Shown here: piece after piece, positions 9,230-18,839 of the stretch
Numbering within the stretch: the stretch's first letter is position 1
Layout: the number at the start of each line of letters is the position of its first letter
From: Candidatus Thorarchaeota archaeon
GTDB taxonomy: Archaea; Asgardarchaeota; Thorarchaeia; Thorarchaeales; Thorarchaeaceae
Assembly: GCA_048882325.1 (NCBI GenBank)
Contig: JBHLRS010000012.1
Span: 1 to 64,000 of the forward strand
DNA: 64,000 nucleotides
Reading direction: 5' to 3'
Notes under the pieces: generated by a model
Seen by the model: only the letters and a program-made list of their open reading frames with translations
Database searches by the model: none
Told to the model about the DNA's origin: nothing
Program-made: the position numbers and the translations under genes

Positions 9230-10060
9230 ATGAAGACCCTTTCAAGAAAACCGTTCATGCTTATGTTGAGAGATGACTCTGGTGAGATTACTACTGTCAA
9301 GCTAGATCCTACTCTGGTCAACAGTGATAATGCACTCATTGTGCTTGACGAGTATAATGACACATGTTGGGCCTGGGTAGGTCGCAATGTGCCAATGCCA
9401 ACTCGAATGCATGCCCTCAGAATCGCTAGAGGTTTGCAGAAGTCCGGGTACCAGGTAGGGATTACAACCATTGGTCTTGCAGCATCTAGATTTGTTGAAA
9501 TGATGGAGAAAGATGATTCAGATCAGGAAGTCGCAAACAACATCGCAGAGTTCAGAGGTGCAATAGATGGTAGATGGGCCTTTGACGATGGCGTACTTGC
9601 CTTCAGAGGAGAAGCAAAGAAAGCTGAACCCATCGCTGGAGCTCCTACAAAGAAGATACTGCCCGAAGTGGAGCCAGAACCAGCGGTCAAGCTGCAAAAA
9701 CCAGAAGCTGAACCAGAGCCTATTGCTGGAGCTCCGAAACTAAAACCGAAACCAGAACCAGAGCCCACTTTGGTAGCTGAAACCATTGCAGAATCACCTC
9801 CACCAGCTCCATCGGCCTCTCTAGCAGAGAAAAAGATGGCATACCTGATGCTCTCTGTCACACGTAACTCAGATCTTGTCTACACCGAGCGATTCGAACG
9901 TGGTGGAAAGTCAGGTCTGAAGATTGAATCTCCAGGCATCATGGTCATCGAAGCTGTCCTTGATGGGAACGACCTGACAATTACTCCAGGAGACTTTGGT
10001 GGCTCAGACATCGGTAAGAAGATTAAATCAGAATACGAAGGTATGGCTAGCAAGCTATAG
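9230..10060 (+). CDS. Single gelsolin-domain protein with Pro-rich linker and C-terminal domain (1DGelX-like)
   Basis: LVNSDNALIVLDEYNDTCWAWVGRNV...RMHALRIARGL matches the gelsolin repeat consensus; GGAGGT RBS before ATG 9230; EPIAGAP x2 and PPPAP linker. Confidence 0.75.
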   Translation: MKTLSRKPFMLMLRDDSGEITTVKLDPTLVNSDNALIVLDEYNDTCWAWVGRNVPMPTRMHALRIARGLQKSGYQVGITTIGLAASRFVEMMEKDDSDQEVANNIAEFRGAIDGRWAFDDGVLAFRGEAKKAEPIAGAPTKKILPEVEPEPAVKLQKPEAEPEPIAGAPKLKPKPEPEPTLVAETIAESPPPAPSASLAEKKMAYLMLSVTRNSDLVYTERFERGGKSGLKIESPGIMVIEAVLDGNDLTITPGDFGGSDIGKKIKSEYEGMASKL

Positions 10061-10074
10061 TACCTATAGAGTAA

Positions 10075-10102
10075 AGCAGGTGTGAGTTAACATCCACCTG
10101 CT
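10075..10102. terminator. Inverted repeat between convergent genes
   Basis: agcaggtg-N12-cacctgct in the 44-bp gap between two stop codons. Confidence 0.45.
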
Positions 10103-10104
10103 AT

Positions 10105-10863
10105 TCATTCTTCATCCAACTTTCTATACCAGTAGTTGTATGCAGATTGAAAACCAAGTTTAGCGTAGAGCTTCAATGCAGGTATATTCTCAGACTCCAC
10201 TTGGAGATAAGCAGACCTGGCCCCATGCTGCTTCCCCCATTTCGCAAGTGCGGTATTGATAGCCATAGCAACTCCTCTCCCACGCATTGAGGGATGAACT
10301 GCTATATTGAAGAGCCCTAGCCATTTGCCCTCTATAACTCCAAACCCAACTCCCGCAAGATCCCTATCAATTTTAGCAAGGGCAAATCCTTTGGTAAGAC
10401 TGGTTCGTTTCATCAGACCTTTCCGTATTTCCATTGAAGATTCAGCATAGCCAGATGACTTGCTGTAGACATCCATCCACCCATCAGAAATGTCATTCGA
10501 GATCATAACATCAATAGCCGATTCCTTTTGCATCAAATGATTGATGGCTGCAGTGTGAATTTCAACCTGGAGACCTACTGAGAATCCTCGTTCTGATAGG
10601 TCTCTATCAAGTTCAACAGGTTTGCTGATTTCAGTCATTTGGAACCGAGGGATGAGGTTTCTCTCTTTGTAGAAGGAGATTACATGTTCTATTGCATCCT
10701 CTGTAGGTGGAGGTGGTGGGCCTAGAGGAAGAACACTATTTGCACGGCGTGTGATCCCTTTATTTGCTCTAAGAAGCCATCCCCCAAATCGGCCCTCTTC
10801 TTCTGCAACCCAAGCATTGGAGGCTACTTGCTCCAGTTCAATGATTTGTGATTGGTCCGCCAA
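10105..10863 (-). CDS. GNAT family N-acetyltransferase
   Basis: GITRRANSV N-terminal motif; VHPSMRGRGVA motif A; YLQV...N..ALKLYAKLGF. Confidence 0.9.
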   Translation of the reverse strand: MADQSQIIELEQVASNAWVAEEEGRFGGWLLRANKGITRRANSVLPLGPPPPPTEDAIEHVISFYKERNLIPRFQMTEISKPVELDRDLSERGFSVGLQVEIHTAAINHLMQKESAIDVMISNDISDGWMDVYSKSSGYAESSMEIRKGLMKRTSLTKGFALAKIDRDLAGVGFGVIEGKWLGLFNIAVHPSMRGRGVAMAINTALAKWGKQHGARSAYLQVESENIPALKLYAKLGFQSAYNYWYRKLDEE

Positions 10864-10979
10864 GGTACAAAGCCCCCTGTTTGTTGCAAATCACTGCTGT
10901 TGTATTAGTCATAACCCCCAAATAATTCAAACGATTGATATTGAAGACATGTTTTTTCACCTGTGAGTGTGAAAAACGA

Positions 10980-11687
10980 ATGGTAGAACCATCCGAGATT
11001 CAGAGTATCGTCAAAAGATATGCTCCAATACTCCACTTCCACCCTGATGAAGGTGATTTTTGTTGTTACCCTTCTGATGCAGAAGAGGTCTATTCACAGT
11101 TCCATGGAGATTGGGACTTATTTGTTGAGGATAGAAGACCCAAAAAGTTGCGTTCCTCTACTCCCTGTTACTATGAATTTTGGGAAAATTCAAAACTGAC
11201 TCAGATTCGGTATTGGTTTTGGTATCGTTACAACGACTTCCCCGGAGCTCCACTAGGTCTAGGTAAACATGTTGGAGACTGGGAGTGTGTTGAAGTCAGG
11301 TTCTTTGGTTCTGTGACTGTTGAAGAAGCGATATGGATTCTCTCAAATCATCTTGAGGCAAGATTGGCTGCAATCTCCAGTACCATTCCGGGGTTTGTTC
11401 GAGAGGATGCTATTGTTGACGATGAACAGCTCAATGTCTGGTCTGCTTTAGGTAGTCATGCAAATTACCCATCTCCAACAAGTAAGCCGCGATGCTACGC
11501 TAGAATCTTCTGTGATAAGATTGCAGATGGAGGACTCATATGGAACACACAGGACAATCTTAGACTTTTGAGTGAGACAAACTTCAGTACTTTCGATGGA
11601 AGGTGGGGCGACAAGAAGGCACCAAGAGGACCTGCTAACGAGTACAACAATCGTTGGCGAAATGCTCCAGATCACAATCCAGTCTAG
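10980..11687 (+). CDS. Vps62-like protein
   Basis: RYAPILHFHPDE, YWFWYRYND, HVGDWE, GSHANYP, FDGRWG...GP motifs; probable start 10980. Confidence 0.75.
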   Translation: MVEPSEIQSIVKRYAPILHFHPDEGDFCCYPSDAEEVYSQFHGDWDLFVEDRRPKKLRSSTPCYYEFWENSKLTQIRYWFWYRYNDFPGAPLGLGKHVGDWECVEVRFFGSVTVEEAIWILSNHLEARLAAISSTIPGFVREDAIVDDEQLNVWSALGSHANYPSPTSKPRCYARIFCDKIADGGLIWNTQDNLRLLSETNFSTFDGRWGDKKAPRGPANEYNNRWRNAPDHNPV

Positions 11688-12199
11688 CTGTTTCTTGAGG
11701 GTTTCCATGGGGTACGTCTAGGCAACCATCTTGGAACATTGTCGAAGTATTCAACATATTCCTGCCCAAACCGTTTCAGCAATCCGGGTTCCTCCGACCT
11801 GATGAAGTTGATGTGATTCCCCAAGAAGGAGATTAGGAACCAGAGAAACACAGCATAGTTGGAGAGAATGATTGACTCACCCAAGAGACCGAAAAGGACT
11901 CCAGTTATCATAGGATTCCGCATATACCTATAGACACCAACCACAACAAGTTTCTGAGGTGGGGCCCAAGGCGCTAATGTTCCCTTGCCAATGCTATTGA
12001 ACAATCTAATACAGGCAGCCATCAGAATTACGCCAGTGACTAAAATGGTAAACCCCGTCAGCAATATGAGTAGGTCAAAAGACCAAGATAGAGACCATCC
12101 TAAAGTAGTATCAGCAGTAATCCACATCAATATCCAGGGCACGAGGATCATCACAGAAAATGGAAGCAGGTATGAACTAGCATGATCCCGTATTCTCAT
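11684..12199 (-). CDS. Isoprenylcysteine carboxyl methyltransferase / PEMT family membrane protein
   Basis: GKGTLAPW..P.KLVVVGVYRYMRNPM; EE..L..RFG.EY.EY...VPRW. Confidence 0.88.
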   Translation of the reverse strand: MRIRDHASSYLLPFSVMILVPWILMWITADTTLGWSLSWSFDLLILLTGFTILVTGVILMAACIRLFNSIGKGTLAPWAPPQKLVVVGVYRYMRNPMITGVLFGLLGESIILSNYAVFLWFLISFLGNHINFIRSEEPGLLKRFGQEYVEYFDNVPRWLPRRTPWKPSRNS

Positions 12200-12212
12200 C
12201 GCAACCTCTCCA

Positions 12213-13799
12213 CTATTCTATTGGTGTGTATCCCTTTCTCATAATCATGTCAACTACCTCATCTGCTTTCCCCGGGTAGTCAATGTTGTAATGAGCCCCT
12301 CTGCTTTCTCTTCTCATCCGTGCCATTTTGATGATGAGCTCCGCGACAAGAGCGATATTCCTGAGTTCAACGAGGTCAGGAGTTATCTTGAAATCCCAGT
12401 AGAACTGATTGATCTCTCTCTGTATGAATCCTATACGGTTTCTTGCGCGAATAAGTCGCTTGTTCGACCTTGCAATTCCGACATAGTTGATCATTATCCT
12501 ACGTATCTCCTCCCAGAGGTGAGAAATGACAACGAGCTCATCTGGATCTGTTGCCTCTCCAGGATCCCATGGGGGAATATCCACAGCGTTGGTCTTAGTC
12601 TTGATCTCTTCTGCCGCTGCAACAGCGGCATTATGCGCGAGGACCGAAGCTTCAAGCAATGAATTGGAAGCCAGTCTGTTGGCGCCGTGGAAGCCAGTGC
12701 AAGTGGTTTCACCAATGGCATAGAGCCCTGAAACATCGGTTCGTCCATGAATGTCAGCCTTTACTCCACCCATTATGTAATGCGCAGCAGGTACAACTGG
12801 AATCGGAGATTTTGTAATGTCAATTCCAGCCTCAAGACAGGTTTCATAGATAAGTGGAAATCGGTCCTTGACATATCCAGAGTCTTTGAATGAGATGTCC
12901 AGCCAGACATGGTCAGCTCCGGTTCGTTTTAACTCTGTATCAATAGCTCGCGCAACAACATCTCTAGGGGCAAGTTCAGCGGCCTCATGGTAATCTTGCA
13001 TGAACCTCTTTCCATCCGGTCCGAATAGATGGGCTCCCTCTCCTCGTAGCGCTTCGGATATGAGGAATGAACGAATTTTATGATGATAAAGTAGTGTTGG
13101 ATGAAACTGTACCATCTCAAGGTTCATCACAGTGGCTCCAGCCCGAAAAGCCATTGCAATACCATCTCCAGTTGCTACATCAGGGTTGCTAGTGTATAGA
13201 AAGACACGTCCAGCGCCACCGGTAGCAAGAATTACAGTCTTGGCAACAAAACGTTCAACCTCGTTTGTGTTAAGATCCAAAACATATGCACCATAGACCC
13301 GATTGTTTCGAACAAACAGATTGACAGCCATATGATTCTCATGTATCGTGATATTCTTGCCAGACTCCACCTGCTTTGTAAGGGCCAGTTCAATGTCCTT
13401 TCCAGTGTGATCCTTCACATGTAGAACTCGTCGTTTGCTATGCCCTCCTTCGAGACCGAGCTCGTATTCTCCAGATGACCTTTCTTCACTGAACTGAACT
13501 CCGAGGTCTACTAACTGATCAATTATGGATGGACCAGCTTCGACTATGGCCTGCACAACGTCACGATGACAAAGACCATCTCCAACTCTGATTGTGTCCG
13601 CTATATGCAACTCGATTGAGTCTTCTGGAGAAACAACTGCTGCAATACCTCCTTGTGCCCTCATTGTGGATGAATCAGTGAGCAGCCCCTTGGTCACAAG
13701 ATTGACTGAGCCATGTTTTGAGGCCTTCAGAGAGAACAGCTGACCAGATAAGCCACTGCCTATCACTAGAAAATCAGATGAGTAGACCTTGTCAGACAT
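12213..13799 (-). CDS. nadB: L-aspartate oxidase
   Basis: GSGLSG FAD motif, AQGGIAA, LEGGHSKRRVLH, QFHPT, LAPRDVVARAI, AAHYIMGG, HGANRLASNSLLE, ESRGAHY. Confidence 0.95.
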   Translation of the reverse strand: MSDKVYSSDFLVIGSGLSGQLFSLKASKHGSVNLVTKGLLTDSSTMRAQGGIAAVVSPEDSIELHIADTIRVGDGLCHRDVVQAIVEAGPSIIDQLVDLGVQFSEERSSGEYELGLEGGHSKRRVLHVKDHTGKDIELALTKQVESGKNITIHENHMAVNLFVRNNRVYGAYVLDLNTNEVERFVAKTVILATGGAGRVFLYTSNPDVATGDGIAMAFRAGATVMNLEMVQFHPTLLYHHKIRSFLISEALRGEGAHLFGPDGKRFMQDYHEAAELAPRDVVARAIDTELKRTGADHVWLDISFKDSGYVKDRFPLIYETCLEAGIDITKSPIPVVPAAHYIMGGVKADIHGRTDVSGLYAIGETTCTGFHGANRLASNSLLEASVLAHNAAVAAAEEIKTKTNAVDIPPWDPGEATDPDELVVISHLWEEIRRIMINYVGIARSNKRLIRARNRIGFIQREINQFYWDFKITPDLVELRNIALVAELIIKMARMRRESRGAHYNIDYPGKADEVVDMIMRKGYTPIE

Positions 13800-13911
13800 C
13801 GTGACTTCTCCTCTTTTGACTCATCACACTTGGCTCATAAGGCTTCGTGAAGGTAGTAGGAAGACATTAACCTCAGGGTTGTTAATTAGTACGTGACTGG
13901 ACTGATGAATA

Positions 13912-14625
13912 ATGACCAACTGCGAGGAATGTAAACGGTTTGGATATTCTCGGACAAATCAAGAGGTGTTTCCATGTGCCCTTTGTGGTGAACTGAGATG
14001 TGAGGACCATACAATCTGGGTCCCGGCGCATGAGATTGACCGTCCATTCGATGAGAATCAAGCCCTGCTCAAGCTGATGGGAAAGAAGGTTAAGCAAGGC
14101 GGTTGGTACTGTTTTTGTGGAAGACCCTCGCATGTCCCACGAGGAGTTCCGTATCGTGCAGGTCCCAACAAAGAGGGCGGAAGGATAATCACCCCAATTC
14201 TTGAGCATGAAAAGAAGAAAGGACTCGAGATGTTCAGAATGTGGGAAACAGGTGTCATTGAGGATGGATATGAGAAAGCATGGGACACAAAACACTATGC
14301 ATTGTCCTGTTCAGTAGCCACCATTATGGTGCTCATAGCAAATCTTCATGCGACCCAAGGAACGACACCCGGATTTTTGGATACTATCTACCGTACAGCC
14401 ATCAGTGCCTTTGGCGAGAAGAAAGACACATTCTTCGTGCCTTCAAAGAATATGCTGGATGTGGTTGTTAGCAAATATCCTGAGATGAGAGTGATTGTGG
14501 AGTTCGTTTGTTCGAGGTGTGCAGTTGTACCATGTCTAAACAGACAATCTCCGTTCTACGACCAGAAACTCTTCAAGAAACTTGTCAAGACTCCCGAGGC
14601 ACTCTTCCCCGAGGAGGAGGTTTAA
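13912..14625 (+). CDS. Cys/His-rich (multi Zn-finger) hypothetical protein
   Basis: CEEC, CALC...CEDH, CFC...H, CSRC...PC. Confidence 0.75.
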   Translation: MTNCEECKRFGYSRTNQEVFPCALCGELRCEDHTIWVPAHEIDRPFDENQALLKLMGKKVKQGGWYCFCGRPSHVPRGVPYRAGPNKEGGRIITPILEHEKKKGLEMFRMWETGVIEDGYEKAWDTKHYALSCSVATIMVLIANLHATQGTTPGFLDTIYRTAISAFGEKKDTFFVPSKNMLDVVVSKYPEMRVIVEFVCSRCAVVPCLNRQSPFYDQKLFKKLVKTPEALFPEEEV

Positions 14626-14692
14626 ACTCGATTTAACAAACCAAGATAGTATTAAATATCAACTATTCTTTCTCTTCTTGGAGCTACAAGAG

Positions 14693-15571
14693 ATGGATAT
14701 CGAAGGGATTATAATATTTGACTCAGTAGCAGGTGTTCCACTCTTTTCACGAATGAAGACAAGAACAGATCCATCACTGTTCTCGAGCTTCATAGCTGCA
14801 ATTGGTCATTTCTCAAAAGAACTGAAATTCGGAGGCCTTTCCTCATTTACAACTGAGGAGAAAGTCATCTATCTTGCTCCACGAGACAAAATCATCACAG
14901 CACTAATTGCTCCTAAGAAAAAGGAGTACCAATTGGCATACTCATTGGCAAACGAACTTGGGAGACAGTTCGAAGAGAGCGAGATAGCTGCATCAGGGTC
15001 CAATCGTGAGGCATATAATGAGTTCACCGAGATAGCAGATCAGTATCTCAGAAAGATTCAGAATCCCTTCATAACTAGGGTTTCAGATTTTATTCAGAGC
15101 CACTACCCAGGAAAAGTATCTATCAGACCACACCTCATGAAGCGAGATGGCTCGCAGGGGACAATAGATATGCTAATAGATGCTGGGAAAAAGAAGGCGA
15201 ACGGTGGAGAGTTATCAGGTCAGTTTGGTGAAAACTACAGCTTCGTCAAAGTTGTTGACACTAGAGTAGGGAGAGTTCATGTTATAGACTTCATTGACAG
15301 CCTTGACAATTTTGGAGTTCTTGCAATGAAAAAGGATGAGATGATCCTTGAACCCTATTTCCCTGCAAAGGCAATAATAGTTGGAAGAGAGTATGATTCC
15401 GGAGCCCTTGAGTTCCTCAGCAAACTCCCTGAGAACAAGACGGGCAAATATATAGACGGGGCATACATCTTTGCAGGTTTCAAGCTCAGAGGAATTCCAA
15501 AGGAAACTCGCTGTTTGATAGATGTGTGGAAATGGAATGACGATACTGAGCCAGAACGCGTCGACTTTTAG
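14693..15571 (+). CDS. Longin-like domain fused to a degenerate Mrr/PD-(D/E)xK-like domain
   Basis: N-term IIIFDSVAGVPLFS...DPSLFSSFIAAIGHFSKEL; C-term GTIDMLI...FVKVV...V...HVIDF...KAIIVGREYDSGALEF; start ATG 14693. Confidence 0.65.
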   Translation: MDIEGIIIFDSVAGVPLFSRMKTRTDPSLFSSFIAAIGHFSKELKFGGLSSFTTEEKVIYLAPRDKIITALIAPKKKEYQLAYSLANELGRQFEESEIAASGSNREAYNEFTEIADQYLRKIQNPFITRVSDFIQSHYPGKVSIRPHLMKRDGSQGTIDMLIDAGKKKANGGELSGQFGENYSFVKVVDTRVGRVHVIDFIDSLDNFGVLAMKKDEMILEPYFPAKAIIVGREYDSGALEFLSKLPENKTGKYIDGAYIFAGFKLRGIPKETRCLIDVWKWNDDTEPERVDF

Positions 15572-15574
15572 TTT

Positions 15575-16261
15575 CTATCCAGCAGTTGTCCCACAGTATT
15601 CACATGTAGTGGTTCTTTTGGACTTCAGAGCAGAAACTTGTTCAGCCTTGAACTTTGAACCACACATTGGACACAACCAGATGCGAATTTCATCTGTAGT
15701 GCCTGGTTCAACCTCTGTTTCTCCACCAATCTCTTGAAGTGCTTTCTCAGCCCATGATTGGGCAGAGGGTTGGTCAAGGTCTTTAAACACACTAACTGCT
15801 TCTTGCAAAAGGGGACGTGCTTCAGCTACACGACCTAGACCACGTAAGGCTAAAGCAAATCCAAATGCATTCCAGGCAATATACCACTTATCAGCGATAC
15901 TTCGTGCGAGATCTAGACCCTGCTCAAAGTGATTCACTGCCGCTGGATAGTTCATTCCCCTAAAAGCCACTTGTCCAAGACCCCAATGAGCTGCAGCCTG
16001 ATACCACTTATTGGAAAGTTCCACTCCTTCTTTCCAAAGCTCATTGTAAAGTTTCTCAGCCTTCTTCAGTTCGTGTGTATTGACAACACAATCACCCATC
16101 ACACGAAGCGCTTCTATAGCTCTATCCAACCGACCTTCCTTTTGGAACTTCTTTCGAGCCTTTTCCGCTGTCTTCATGCCTTTCTTAAAATCTGAAAGAG
16201 AATGTAATCTTGCAGCTTCTTGTAAGAGTTCATCAGGTGTGGGACTCATGCCACTATACAA
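15575..16261 (-). CDS. TPR protein with C-terminal Zn ribbon
   Basis: AAAHWGLGQV...A..HFEQGL.LAR TPR repeats; CPMC...CEYC. Confidence 0.85.
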   Translation of the reverse strand: MYSGMSPTPDELLQEAARLHSLSDFKKGMKTAEKARKKFQKEGRLDRAIEALRVMGDCVVNTHELKKAEKLYNELWKEGVELSNKWYQAAAHWGLGQVAFRGMNYPAAVNHFEQGLDLARSIADKWYIAWNAFGFALALRGLGRVAEARPLLQEAVSVFKDLDQPSAQSWAEKALQEIGGETEVEPGTTDEIRIWLCPMCGSKFKAEQVSALKSKRTTTCEYCGTTAG

Positions 16262-16299
16262 AAATGAGCGGATATAAAGGAAACGTCATTCTAGCATGT

Positions 16300-18609
16300 C
16301 TATCGATGATATGTCAAAGTGACATCATTTGACAAGGGAACTAATTTGAGGTGGGGTGACTGGTTTTTCGCAGCTCTGGCAACAATGCTTCCACCATATG
16401 CCTTCACCATGCGAATAGGAACAGTTTCAGGCACATGAATTTCAACCTCATCGGGTAAAATCTCCATCCCAGTCTCAATCTGATGTTGATTGGCAGATAA
16501 CCCAATCTCGATTCGAGTTTTTCCAAAACGAGTGTGAAGGCCCTTTATCATAAGGGGTTTCGTTCCTGAATACCATTCACTAGGGACTCCAGCGAGGAAC
16601 ACGAGGTTATTCTTGTCCTCTAAGACCAGCATATCACTGAGAAGTAGAATAATGTCAGCTGCCGCCAACACACTAGTTCCAGCACCTCCACTGCCACCAA
16701 AAGTACGAGTATTGACAAACTCTGGAAATAGGTAGTCTTCAGAGAGGAATTCAAGTGCTCGTAAGAGTAGTGGTTCAGCTGCATCTCGTTGTTGATCCCA
16801 GACATGAAAGTGCGCAATTCTTAAGGCGAGATGACTGGAGAACAGTTCTGTAGGTTCTTGAATCTTCCAGAGATTTCGAATAACGCGTCTTTTGACAGTT
16901 TTCTTGCAGAGTTCCCTTAGGAATTTCTTGTCGAACCTGTCTATTTTGAGCTGGACAATACTGGTCAGAATATCAAGGATAGCCATGTCAATCTCGTGCA
17001 TCTTGGGGTCATTGGGTCTTGGCCATCGGGCACTTCGAATTTCCTCAAATTTCTGTTGAACACGTGCATCAACAATAGGCAGGATTTCTTTTATTTTCTC
17101 AACCAGACTGACTTTGGTCAGAGCAAAATAGCTGAGTCCTTCTTGGAGTGCTTTGAGATCCCAAAGAAGTTCATTAAACTCCCGCAATAGTGTAGCGTCT
17201 AGAACGAGGTAGTGTTCAAGAGGAGAGTCGTCAAGCTCAGCTTCCCGATCGGAGGTTTCTAGCATTCTTTTCCTTGGTCTATCAACAGCAAGAGTGGACA
17301 CCAAGCTCTCTGTTAATTTTCCCAGATACTCTATGTTCTCCTGAATGGACTCTTTCTGAATGGAATACCCTTGCAGTTGTAGAAGACCCCAAAGTATCGG
17401 ACTGAAGATGGTCGTGTCCATGGATTTATCCAGATCGCTGAACATCTGAGCGGCTTGATTCGTGATCTTACTAGCTACATCAATTCCACCAGATTTAATC
17501 AGTGCATAGAGAACTCGCATTCTGTCTCGCCAATTGAGTGAATTGTCTTCTAGATCATCTGGAAAGAGAATCGATTGTGATTGGATTGCTAGCGTAACGG
17601 CTGCTTGTGCAAGAACTCCATTGAATTTCTCATCTGGAAAGACAGCCTCAATCCTTTTCTCTGAGAAATCGTACCAGTCTCCAATTGACTTGTCCCTATC
17701 GTGACTGTTAGGATAAATTTCCTTTCTGTCAGAAGAAGATGCGAGTGATGACGCAAAGACAACAGATCTAGTTCCAGCAGCAGAGAGGTCGATATTGAAC
17801 CTGAGAATTGCTGTGGAAAGACCTTCCTTTGATTCACTTTTGTAGTCGTACCTGATTTTGTCAGACTGGATGACCTCAGGGATTGCAGTATCATTGGCAT
17901 CTACGATGTACACAGCAGATGGAGCCATATCAACGTGCAAAGCTAGAATCTCATTTGCTAGGACTTGGTTAGTGTTCGCATCAAACTCAATGCTCTCAAT
18001 TGGCTCAAAACCAAGTACTGACAGAGGTCTTACAGCCGCAAAGAATGTGACACTTGTTTCTTCGAGTGCGATGTTCTTCATCACCACTTCATTGTACAGA
18101 TACTCCACACCGTCTTTCTCAACATAGTATTGCAATCTGGTAAACTCTACTGACTCCACATCAGTCTTCCACTCGTATAGTTGGTCCTCAGACGAAACCA
18201 ACCTCATCTGTGGACCGTCTTTACCTAAGAGTGCTGGGAAAATGATACCCTCAGAACCAAGAACCCAAATATCCAATGAACCGCCATCAGAGAGGGCAGT
18301 TGAGAGCCCACGAGAGTCGGTCATCCCAAATCTCTTAGCACCGACGCCACCAATCAAGGACCAGTTTCTGTAGGAGTCATTTGGCAATTTGGAAATGAGA
18401 GATGACTCTTTATTGAGTCCTTTCAGTGTTAGGTGTACCCAAGAGGGAAGCATCCAAGACTCGGCCTCAAGAAAGATAGATGCATTGAGTTGCTCTCGTA
18501 AAAGCTCAATCTCATCCTTTGCAAGCATGCCAGTTTCAGGGAGTGGAACATCATGATTCAATGCTACTCTTCTGAAACGTTTCAATCGAGCAAGATCGTT
18601 ATTGGCCAA
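16300..18609 (-). CDS. Six-hairpin glycoside hydrolase-like protein, possibly degenerate
   Basis: N-terminal beta-sandwich; WRD motif; helical barrel; C-terminal LVFLAGVPSEW...LHTRFG typical of (alpha/alpha)6 GH tails. Confidence 0.55.
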   Translation of the reverse strand: MANNDLARLKRFRRVALNHDVPLPETGMLAKDEIELLREQLNASIFLEAESWMLPSWVHLTLKGLNKESSLISKLPNDSYRNWSLIGGVGAKRFGMTDSRGLSTALSDGGSLDIWVLGSEGIIFPALLGKDGPQMRLVSSEDQLYEWKTDVESVEFTRLQYYVEKDGVEYLYNEVVMKNIALEETSVTFFAAVRPLSVLGFEPIESIEFDANTNQVLANEILALHVDMAPSAVYIVDANDTAIPEVIQSDKIRYDYKSESKEGLSTAILRFNIDLSAAGTRSVVFASSLASSSDRKEIYPNSHDRDKSIGDWYDFSEKRIEAVFPDEKFNGVLAQAAVTLAIQSQSILFPDDLEDNSLNWRDRMRVLYALIKSGGIDVASKITNQAAQMFSDLDKSMDTTIFSPILWGLLQLQGYSIQKESIQENIEYLGKLTESLVSTLAVDRPRKRMLETSDREAELDDSPLEHYLVLDATLLREFNELLWDLKALQEGLSYFALTKVSLVEKIKEILPIVDARVQQKFEEIRSARWPRPNDPKMHEIDMAILDILTSIVQLKIDRFDKKFLRELCKKTVKRRVIRNLWKIQEPTELFSSHLALRIAHFHVWDQQRDAAEPLLLRALEFLSEDYLFPEFVNTRTFGGSGGAGTSVLAAADIILLLSDMLVLEDKNNLVFLAGVPSEWYSGTKPLMIKGLHTRFGKTRIEIGLSANQHQIETGMEILPDEVEIHVPETVPIRMVKAYGGSIVARAAKNQSPHLKLVPLSNDVTLTYHR

Positions 18610-18839
18610 ATCAAAGAACCTCTTCAGGAACGCGTTCGTATCATGTGTGGGATAGATGGAAAGGGTTCTAGTCCTTTATTTGTTTGTTTAGGCTAGCTAG
18701 CGAAAAAACGACCAGATTCTTTTTCCACGAATTCTACTATAGGTGGTAAACCCTTAATAGAGTTCAACCAGAGGTTGCCTTCGTCAAGTAAAGAGTCGTA
18801 AGATGAATCCAGAACCACCTGAGCACAGAGGGAAAAAGA

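Noticed and set aside
11684-12199. ICMT-family gene as modifier of the nearby Rab
   Set aside because: The Rab ends in HASLVDN with no CaaX or CC motif, and this methyltransferase family is widespread in prokaryotes
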